Below are positions 50,535 through 57,670 of a DNA stretch of 57,670 nucleotides, piece by piece. This DNA comes from Actinomycetota bacterium (GTDB lineage: Bacteria; Actinomycetota; Actinomycetes; S36-B12), in assembly GCA_009699015.1 (NCBI GenBank), contig WLOY01000005.1, positions 1-57,670 on the forward strand, in the 5' to 3' direction. Below the pieces are notes generated by a model that worked only from the letters and a program-made list of their open reading frames with translations, was not told the origin of the DNA and searched no databases. How positions within the stretch are numbered: the stretch's first letter is position 1; each line of letters begins with the position of its first letter. The translations under genes were made by a program, and so were the position numbers.

Positions 50535-51965
50535 CTACTGGGCGGTTGCGCAGTAGAGCGAGCGGTCACGCACCCCGCAACGGGCGAAACGGCTTCCGTC
50601 CGTTCCTTTCATGTCTAGCCGCCACGATCCGGCAGTCTCATTGGGTGTCGCCATCGCGTACCCGAATGTCACGTCGACCCATGCCCAGCTGGGCATGGGG
50701 TAGGTCTTGCCCTCACCGACGGTGTAGGCCGTGGTCGGCAGGGAGTAGCCGATCGTGGGATCGAGTTCGGTCCCGGCGTTGCCGAGGATGAGCTGGCCCG
50801 GCTGCCCGGGCAACTGCACCGCCTGCGCGAGGTGCTGGTGCGAGGAGAAGATCATGTCGTACGAATCGAGCAGGCCGTAGGCGGCGGCGCCCTGGTCATA
50901 CGACGACCATTGGCTGAAGGGCTGGCCCGGCGTGGCGAAGACCGTGGGCAGGATCCCGAAGATCGGTCGGTGGGTGACGAGCCACGATTCGCGTCCGGCC
51001 CGTGGCGCGGTCAGCGCGGCGGCCTTGGCGTATGCGGGGCGCTGGATGGCGGCATAGGCTTCGACGACGGCATCGTTGCCTCCGGCGGAATCGACGACGG
51101 CAAGGCGCAGGGTGCGACCAGTGGTCACCGGCAGGTCGATTGCGTAGGTGTCACTCGGCAGCGTCGGCGCGGCGGTGAGCGTGCCATTCACGTCGATGGG
51201 CGCGCACGCGCCCGAAGTGCCCTCCCGCGGATCGAGGAAGTAGAAGTAGCCGTTGCCGCCGCGGTAGCAGGCCTCGTGGTTGCCGCGAATGGCGACGAGG
51301 GGAGCGACGCTGAGCATGGGGGCCATCGGGAGGAAGGCATCCGCGAGCCAGCCGTAGGCGCTGTCGGTGAACGGCATGCCGGTCACCGGCGAGGGGCTCG
51401 ACCCGCAGAGCGCCTGGTCGGCTGCCGGGCAGGGGGCCTCGCGGTAGAAGTAGTCGCCGTTCATGATGATCGCGTCGGGACGCTCCTTGGCGATCTCGCT
51501 CGCGATCCGGGCCAGCGGCCATTCGTCGGGGTCGGCGCAGTCCTGAACCTGCCGAGCGGAGATGCGACAGCCGCTGTCGCCCATCAGCGCCAGCCGGGTC
51601 GTCCGTGCCGGCATCCGAGCGGGGATGGGGCGCCCCTCGATGGACGCGCTTACCGAGCCTCGCGGCATGACCGATGAGCACACGGTCAGGGAGTCGAATG
51701 CGGGGGAGGTGCGAGCGGGCCGTGGGCGTTCGCGCATCGTGATCGACCGGGTGGCACCGCCAACGGACGTGACGTCGAGGGTGGGGCAGTCGACGCCGGC
51801 GGCGACGATCGCGCGGGCGACGAGGCCCGACGGCGCGGTCGAAATCGGAGCCGCGATCGAGTAGGCCGCGATTGCGGACGAGGACACCGCGGCTTGCGCG
51901 GGAAGCGCGGCTGAGCCGACACCAACCGCGATGATGAGCAATGCAACTGCACCGGCGTTCTGCAT
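50535..51965 (-). CDS. secreted calcineurin-like metallophosphoesterase
   Basis: Signal peptide, GDSGCR, GDYFYRE, RGNHE, THRP, SHQH. Confidence 0.88.
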   Translation of the reverse strand: MQNAGAVALLIIAVGVGSAALPAQAAVSSSAIAAYSIAAPISTAPSGLVARAIVAAGVDCPTLDVTSVGGATRSITMRERPRPARTSPAFDSLTVCSSVMPRGSVSASIEGRPIPARMPARTTRLALMGDSGCRISARQVQDCADPDEWPLARIASEIAKERPDAIIMNGDYFYREAPCPAADQALCGSSPSPVTGMPFTDSAYGWLADAFLPMAPMLSVAPLVAIRGNHEACYRGGNGYFYFLDPREGTSGACAPIDVNGTLTAAPTLPSDTYAIDLPVTTGRTLRLAVVDSAGGNDAVVEAYAAIQRPAYAKAAALTAPRAGRESWLVTHRPIFGILPTVFATPGQPFSQWSSYDQGAAAYGLLDSYDMIFSSHQHLAQAVQLPGQPGQLILGNAGTELDPTIGYSLPTTAYTVGEGKTYPMPSWAWVDVTFGYAMATPNETAGSWRLDMKGTDGSRFARCGVRDRSLYCATAQ

Positions 51966-52213
51966 GGCCTTCACTTGCTCGTCTCCGATCCGAGGCGACC
52001 CGACTGCTTGGCTTGAAGCAGGATCGTACCTTGGCGGGCTTTGCAGTAGCCGCGGAGTCGCTGGCGCAATTGCCGGTCGCGCTTGGTCCTGACATCGCAC
52101 GCGAACCGAGGGGATCCCTTGGCGTCGAATGCTGTGGTAGCGCCAATTTCGCCGAGGGTTCGTCTCCAGCCCGTAGGCTCCGAGGCGGGCGGACGAAGGG
52201 CGGTGCGGCGAGC

Positions 52214-53812
52214 ATGCAATTGACTGAGGTGGAGGCGATCCGCCGGGGCCGCACGCGGCACCTGTTCGCCCTGCAGGGGGACCTGAGTCTGATCGATGCT
52301 GATGCGCACCTGATACCCACTGACTCCTACGGCAGCGTCGAGGACCACTGGGCGTGGGCGGTAGGTGTCGACCGCGACGGCCGGACCCGTCAACTTCGTC
52401 GGGAGGAGCGGCTCCTCGAGGCCGAAGGCCACGCCTGGGTGGACGAGGCCCCGGCCGGGCCGGTGCTCGCGGTCAACGTTGCCGGGGGCAACAGCGACAA
52501 CGATGTCCCTTCGATGATCCGCCGGCTCGGGGCTTGCTTCGAGGCTCTGGGGGAGCGGGGCCTGCCGACTCGATTCCGTTCCCGGCCTCTCGTGGCCATG
52601 CCGCTCGTCGGGGTCGGGCGAGCGGGTCTCGGCGGGCGCACCGGCGAGGTCATCGCCTCGCTCCTCGACGCAATCGGCGATCACTTCGACCGAAGTCCCG
52701 CCGGCGGCTTCGACCTCGTCATCGTCACGCGAGACTCCAGCAGCATCGCCGCCCTGCAGCATGAGCGCCGCGCGCGTTTCAGCGCGACGTCAACGGGGGT
52801 GGTCCCGGACTGGCTTGAAAAGGTGGTCGCGGCGGGCCGGGCAGGGGAGTTGGCCGTCATGTTCGGGGCGGGTGCGAGCGCGGCCCTCGGCCTGCCGATG
52901 TGGGATGAGCTGCTCAGGAAACTGGTGCAGTCACTCGATGATCCCGAGCTCAGCCGGATGGACCTTACGGGCCTGGACCCCACCGATGCGGCGACCCTGC
53001 TCATCGAGGCCGGTGGCAGCGGCTGGTTCAGCGATGCGCTCGTCCGCCTGCTGGCCACGCCACGCCATTCCCTCACGCATGGGCTCATCGCTAACTTCCG
53101 TTGCCCGCTCACCGTCACGACGAACTACGACCAAGCGTTCGAACTGGCAGCGGAATCGATCACCGGATCACCGGTTGCAGTCCTGCCGTGGGATGAGGAT
53201 TCCGGCGCCGGCACTCGGGTTCTGAAGCTCCACGGCGATCTCACGAGGGGGCAGCTGGTCTTGTCCCGCGACCAGTTCGTCGCCATGCATGCGTTCCGCC
53301 GGCCCCTGGCCGGAGTGCTGCAGTCCAGGATGCTCATCGGTCACCTGCTTGCCGTCGGCACGTCGATGAGCGATTCAACCCTCGTCCATGCGGCGGAGGA
53401 GTTCCGTGCGCTCATCGCGCAAACGCAGCAGGCGAAGACGCCGCAGGGCGAGCGGGCCGGCGAGGTGCGGGCGGGAACGGTTGTCCTCACCACGTCGGAC
53501 CCGGCGCGGGTGCGGTTGCTCGATCGGGCCTTCACGGTGGTTGAGGGAGATGCGGAACTCGGGGTGCGCGAGTCGGCGCGCGATGTTGACGTGCTGCTCG
53601 ACTGGATCGCCATGCAGGAGTCGAGCGACCTGTCATTCGCCCTCGATGCCCGCTACCGTGCGCTTCTCTCGCCGGCCGATCAGAATCTCGCCGCGCGGCT
53701 CATGTCGCTCGCGGGCGCTGAAGATCATCAGTCGCGCCTTCGGTCATCAGTGGAGGCCTACCTTTCATCGCTTGGAGCCAATGGCGTCGCCCCCTCTTCG
53801 ACGATCGGCTGA
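52214..53812 (+). CDS. macrodomain-like plus SIR2-like fusion protein
   Basis: N-terminal GDLSLIDADAHLIPTD and AMPLVGVGRAG; C-terminal FGAGAS...LPMW, TTNYD, LKLHG, VGTSMSD. Confidence 0.82.
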   Translation: MQLTEVEAIRRGRTRHLFALQGDLSLIDADAHLIPTDSYGSVEDHWAWAVGVDRDGRTRQLRREERLLEAEGHAWVDEAPAGPVLAVNVAGGNSDNDVPSMIRRLGACFEALGERGLPTRFRSRPLVAMPLVGVGRAGLGGRTGEVIASLLDAIGDHFDRSPAGGFDLVIVTRDSSSIAALQHERRARFSATSTGVVPDWLEKVVAAGRAGELAVMFGAGASAALGLPMWDELLRKLVQSLDDPELSRMDLTGLDPTDAATLLIEAGGSGWFSDALVRLLATPRHSLTHGLIANFRCPLTVTTNYDQAFELAAESITGSPVAVLPWDEDSGAGTRVLKLHGDLTRGQLVLSRDQFVAMHAFRRPLAGVLQSRMLIGHLLAVGTSMSDSTLVHAAEEFRALIAQTQQAKTPQGERAGEVRAGTVVLTTSDPARVRLLDRAFTVVEGDAELGVRESARDVDVLLDWIAMQESSDLSFALDARYRALLSPADQNLAARLMSLAGAEDHQSRLRSSVEAYLSSLGANGVAPSSTIG

Positions 53813-54084
53813 ACGAGGTCGCCGCCGGGCGGAGAATGGCCGGCGATGTAGGCCGCGAGCAGCACTGTGACATCAATCAGTGGCGCGAACGTGGTTCTTA
53901 GGCATGTGTGTCCGGCGGGCTCGCTGGCGGAGTCGGGGTGGCTGGGATCTCTGAGCTGTGCGGGGGAGCATGACGAAGCGTGATGAGATGACCGTGTTTC
54001 CACGGTAGTGCCGGGGGCCTCGACCCAATAGTCTGCAATTACTTGCACGATGATGGGACGAAGTCCCGGTGAGGCTCGGCCCTA

Positions 54085-54219
54085 ATGAGTGCACGCAGCA
54101 GTCTTTTCAGTGTTTTCGGTTCACGTTCAGCCAGCGGAAAGGCCGCTTGCGCGGTCATCGCATGCGCGGTGTTGCTCCTGACGGCCTGCGGTGGCAGTGG
54201 GGTTGGCTGCGCCTGCTAG
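54085..54219 (+). pseudogene. truncated lipoprotein remnant
   Basis: MSARSS...AVLLLTACGGSG stops a few codons after the lipobox, about 100 bp from the IS end. Confidence 0.45.
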
Positions 54220-54323
54220 CAGCGTCCCGTCTGGCGCGGGCACGACGGCAAAAGGCGTCGAGGTCCCCGAGAGTGCTCCAACTGTTCGCCTGCCCACTAT
54301 TCCCGATCCCGGTGTCCCGCTTC

Positions 54324-54858
54324 GCCTGAATCCACCGATGGGTGACGCGTTTTGGGCCTGATCGTCGTGTTGGTCCGTGTGCGGTTGGTGAGCGTGGTGG
54401 TATTGCCGCTGATGACTTTCCCGGGATGTTCAACGTGATGTTGGGTCGGGCCGGGGGTTCGGCGGCGGGTGGATGGGGGCGCAGCCCTTGAGGTCGGCGG
54501 TGACCTGCTCGATGATGGCGTGACCGCGATGTTTTTTGTCCGCGGCCACGGTGTCCATCTAGTCTGCGGGGACGGTGGCGCTGACCCGCGCCCCGCCTTT
54601 CACGGCGGCAAGGAGGGTCGGGCGGCCGTAGTGCGCGGAGTCGGCGCGCAGGAGGACCATCCCAGTCGCGCCGGTGGACCGCAGCCTGCGAACGGTTCCA
54701 AGAGCGTCGGTGGTTTCGGGTCATCAAATGCTGCACTGATCGCGGCCGGGGAAACAGATAGTTGTATCTGCGGGGTGTCCTTCGATCTTGCCGGAATGGA
54801 ACCGTCGGCAAGTTCGCTTTTCCAGCATTTGCGATGAAACCCATCGGTGCATCCAGGC
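54324..54858 (-). mobile_element. internally deleted IS1380-family element
   Basis: 20-bp terminal inverted repeats (18/20 match); transposase fragments QLSVSPAAISAAFDDP, VLLRADSAHYG, HRGHAIIEQVTADLK. Confidence 0.85.
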
Positions 54859-54869
54859 TTAATGAGTAT

Positions 54870-55577
54870 TCACTGACTCGAAACCGATTTCATTCGTCTA
54901 TTCAGAACGGCACCTGTCGCAAAGGACGCCAAGATGATGGCGAGGAACATCAGGCATCCGCCGACCGTTCCGATGCCCACGGAGGTCGCGGGGTCAGTTG
55001 GGCACATTCCCAGGCCGCAATCCGGCAGCACCCCGATGCCCAACATCGCAAGGTTCAGTGTGATCCACGTGATGATTGCGATCGTGAACAGGCGTAGCCA
55101 ACCTCGTTCTCGCAGCACCCCAGTGTCACCGGCCTCGAACTGCCCCTTGAATAGCAGCAAGATGGCACATCCGACAATACCGGTCGCGAAGGTGATGAAG
55201 GCCCACGTGTAGAGGTGAAATCCGAAGACAACGGGGCCGTGACCGGGGTCATCTGGGTTGGCAATGTGCAAAAGGATCTGGCAGACGCTGCCGGCAGCAC
55301 CCACGCACGCAGCCAGAATGCTCACTCCGTAGTGAGACGGCCTCATGCCCCACAGCAGGTTCATCATCGGGCCAACGGCAAGGCCGAACATGGCTGATCG
55401 CTGAATAAGGAAGAGCGCGCACGGCATCTCCCCCATCGCAAACTCAAACCAAAGCAAGACACCCAGAACTACCAGCAAACCAAGGAGGGCGGCCAGATTC
55501 AGCAACCGCATGATGAATACATCACGAATGTTCACGCGTGCAAAATGCCTCGTCACGCTCATATTCAATTTGCCCAC
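54870..55577 (-). CDS. DsbB-like disulfide bond formation protein, CxxC degenerate
   Basis: MPCALFLIQR, HYG, QILLHI, GFHLYTWAF, C-x3-CP; AT-richer DNA. Start uncertain. Confidence 0.75.
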   Translation of the reverse strand: MGKLNMSVTRHFARVNIRDVFIMRLLNLAALLGLLVVLGVLLWFEFAMGEMPCALFLIQRSAMFGLAVGPMMNLLWGMRPSHYGVSILAACVGAAGSVCQILLHIANPDDPGHGPVVFGFHLYTWAFITFATGIVGCAILLLFKGQFEAGDTGVLRERGWLRLFTIAIITWITLNLAMLGIGVLPDCGLGMCPTDPATSVGIGTVGGCLMFLAIILASFATGAVLNRRMKSVSSQ

Positions 55578-55586
55578 CGATATCGA

Positions 55587-55736
55587 CTAAAAGTTAAGGG
55601 GAATGGGGTTGGTCATGTGCAACTTGAGCAGCACGAGCGTCCAGACCAGGGTGAGCAAGGTGACAGGAATAACCCAGCGCTTGCGAAGGAATATTCCTAC
55701 GTAAACAACGGCCCACAGCAGGAACATCGAGAACAT
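55587..55736 (-). CDS. DUF5993-like small membrane protein
   Basis: Two TM segments ending HMTNPIPLNF; sits directly upstream of the DsbB-like gene. Confidence 0.6.
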   Translation of the reverse strand: MFSMFLLWAVVYVGIFLRKRWVIPVTLLTLVWTLVLLKLHMTNPIPLNF

Positions 55737-55821
55737 CACGGTTCGAATGTTGTCGGTTGCATGCGCAATTTGCAAATGTTGCGAGGAGATTCATGAAGAG
55801 TGCCCGCGAAATCCATTCCGC

Positions 55822-55955
55822 GCCTCACGTAGGAATGACCGCGTAACGGCGATCATTGTTGGGCATGGAGAACGGGCTGTCGATGACGTCTCGCGTCGAC
55901 GTCACTACGAGGTACGCCAAGGCGTAAGTGGAGGCTGCGAAGGGGAAAAGGGGCA
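55822..55955 (+). mobile_element. IS left-end stub with transposase N-terminus (integrase-core/ISNCY-like)
   Basis: GCCTCACGTAGGAATG end-like motif, then MENGLSMTSRVDVTTRYAKA*VEAAKG with an internal stop. Confidence 0.5.
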
Positions 55956-56187
55956 GCGCTGCAGTTACTGGAAAACCCGCCCTCCGGGGTGAAGTGGGGC
56001 CGTCTGCGCTTGGGGCTACCGGCCCCGGTGGTGGCTTGGTGTTCCACGTCTCGTTGTCACCTGTCACGAGCACCGGTTCGGCGTGCGGGACCTCGTGCTT
56101 CTAGTTGGAGCCTGTGGACCGCTCGTGGGCCGGCGGGCGGTCAGGGCCGCCGTGCGTATTCCCGAAAACGGTGGCAAAATCTTGCAG

Positions 56188-56793
56188 GTGGGAAGAAAGC
56201 TGGACCCGGATGAGGCTGCGGCGGTGATGCGCGCTGCCGGGATGGAGCCGCTCGCCCCCTATCCGGGCAGTGCCCGCCGGTGGGAATGCCGCTGCGGTCG
56301 CTGCGGGCGGGTCGTCTATCCGGAGCACAGGGCCGTCAGGAGTGGCCAGGGAGGTTGTGCCTTCTGCGGGCGAGCGGACGCTCTTGCCGCCCTGAGAGTC
56401 GACCCGGAGAGAGCGGTCCGGGTGATGCTGGGGGTCGGCCTTCGCCCGCTTGAGCCATACACGACCAGCAAGGCCACGTGGCGGTGCGAATGCCTGACGT
56501 GCGGCGAGATCGTCGTCTCGATGTACTGCTTGGGGCAGCAGGGGCGGGGCTGCCCCGACTGCGGCCGGAAGAGGGGGGCGGCTAAGCGCCGCTTCAGCCA
56601 TGAGTTCGCGGCCGAAGCCATGCGTGCCGCGGGCCTCGAGCCGCTGGAGCCGTACCCGGGAACGATGTTGAAATGGCGGTGCACCTGCGTGTCGTGCGGG
56701 GAGGAGGTTGAGACAACGCGCTCCAAGGTCATCTCGAGCGGCCTCGGTTGCCCCCGCTGTGCCTTGCCGAAGACGACGCCGGCGCAAGGCTGA
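56188..56793 (+). CDS. protein of three tandem Cys-rich zinc-ribbon repeats
   Basis: 3x [VM/AM..G.(E/R)PL.PY....W.C.C..CG...GC..C]. Confidence 0.8.
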   Translation: MGRKLDPDEAAAVMRAAGMEPLAPYPGSARRWECRCGRCGRVVYPEHRAVRSGQGGCAFCGRADALAALRVDPERAVRVMLGVGLRPLEPYTTSKATWRCECLTCGEIVVSMYCLGQQGRGCPDCGRKRGAAKRRFSHEFAAEAMRAAGLEPLEPYPGTMLKWRCTCVSCGEEVETTRSKVISSGLGCPRCALPKTTPAQG

Positions 56794-56906
56794 CCGGCGC
56801 GGCAATGGGCATGAAGCTGGTCGGCATGATCTGGACCCGCACCGTCCGCCCGGACGGGTTGACAGGTCCGTATCCGTGGCACGCGTAGTCGGGGCGTTGA
56901 GTCGTC

Positions 56907-57670
56907 TCATGCCACCGTTCTTGTGCCACCCGAGGCCGGTATCGCACTGCGAGCGGACGGATGGCTCGCACCTGCCGCGAAGCGGTTGCGGCCCCCGGAC
57001 TTCGCCGCGTACAGGGCGTGGTCAACCCTGCCTAGCCATGAATCCCGGTCATCGTCAGGCCAGAGTTCGGCGACGCCGATGCTCACGGTGACCCGCCCCA
57101 CGTCATCGAACGGCTCGTCCGCGACGAGGTCGCAGGTCTTTCGGGCGAGCGAGCGTGCCCCGGCGATGTCGCAGTGCGGGGTCACGATGATGAATTCCTC
57201 GCCGCCCCAGCGGGCGAGCGAATCCATGCCACGCAGGTTCTTGGCGAGCCGACTCGTGATGTCTATGAGCAGTTGATCGCCCGCCTCATGCCCGTAGGTG
57301 TCGTTCACCGCCTTGACATGGTCGATGTCCAGCATGAGGAGGGCCATCGGGGTCCCGTATCGGTGTGCTTCCAACAGGCTGGAGGCGAGCACCCGCTCAC
57401 CCTGCCTGCGGTTCCAGGCTCCCGTCAGCGGATCGGTGACCGACAGTTGCTCAAGCTCCTGGGTCACTTCCCTGAGCGCGGCGTACGCCGAGGCAACCTC
57501 ATCACGGGACTGCCTGAGTTGAACCTCCGCCCGCTTGCGCTCGCTGATATCGCGCGTGATGCCGAGAATCTGGTTGATGCGCCCATCCGAGTCGGCAGTC
57601 GGGATCACCTCGACCTCAGTCCAGATGGTGGAGCCGTCCTTGCAGTAGTACTCCTCCTCGCAGGTGAACC
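56907..57670 (-). CDS. PAS/PAC-GGDEF diguanylate cyclase (5' part outside window)
   Basis: PAC GITRDISERK, DPLTGAWNR, RGMD...GGEEF. Confidence 0.9.
   Translation of the reverse strand, partial: FTCEEEYYCKDGSTIWTEVEVIPTADSDGRINQILGITRDISERKRAEVQLRQSRDEVASAYAALREVTQELEQLSVTDPLTGAWNRRQGERVLASSLLEAHRYGTPMALLMLDIDHVKAVNDTYGHEAGDQLLIDITSRLAKNLRGMDSLARWGGEEFIIVTPHCDIAGARSLARKTCDLVADEPFDDVGRVTVSIGVAELWPDDDRDSWLGRVDHALYAAKSGGRNRFAAGASHPSARSAIPASGGTRTVA

Noticed and set aside
50535-53812. Phosphoesterase plus SIR2 as a two-gene defence operon, or a complete Thoeris system
   Set aside because: The genes are divergent, the phosphoesterase has a signal peptide, and no TIR gene is present.
53813-54084. 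Short ORFs downstream of the SIR2 gene as partner genes
   Set aside because: No motifs, weak codon bias and no convincing start signals.
54469-54837. 122-aa plus-strand ORF
   Set aside because: It is the antisense reading of the IS1380 transposase fragments.

Overview
High-GC actinobacterial chromosome segment; the finer taxon is not determinable here. The left third is a conserved Actinomycetes backbone: trkA pair, APC/KimA-like permease, TRAM RNA methyltransferase, acnA, dxs, fadB-fadA, RNase D, DUF3000, msrB and an acyl-ACP desaturase. The hemE/hemY/hemQ genes usually found between DUF3000 and msrB are missing. A small insertion (two lipoproteins plus an orphan LuxR regulator) sits after dxs. 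The middle is accessory: a tandem pair of large membrane histidine kinases (one lacks the phosphoacceptor His) with a NarL-type regulator, an alpha/beta-hydrolase with a membrane-like C-terminal hairpin, redox/metal genes, a CheB-CheR-PAS-GGDEF-EAL protein and a 7xPAS diguanylate cyclase. The right ~8 kb is a decaying island: a vapB-vapC deletion fusion, a broken metzincin, an internally deleted IS1380 with intact terminal repeats, a second IS stub and a degenerate DsbB-like gene. Two intact, unusual genes persist in it: a macrodomain-SIR2 fusion (best candidate for an undescribed NAD-consuming defence/signalling effector) and a triple zinc-ribbon protein. No tRNA, rRNA or CRISPR array was seen. 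All family calls come from motif recognition by eye, not database searches.
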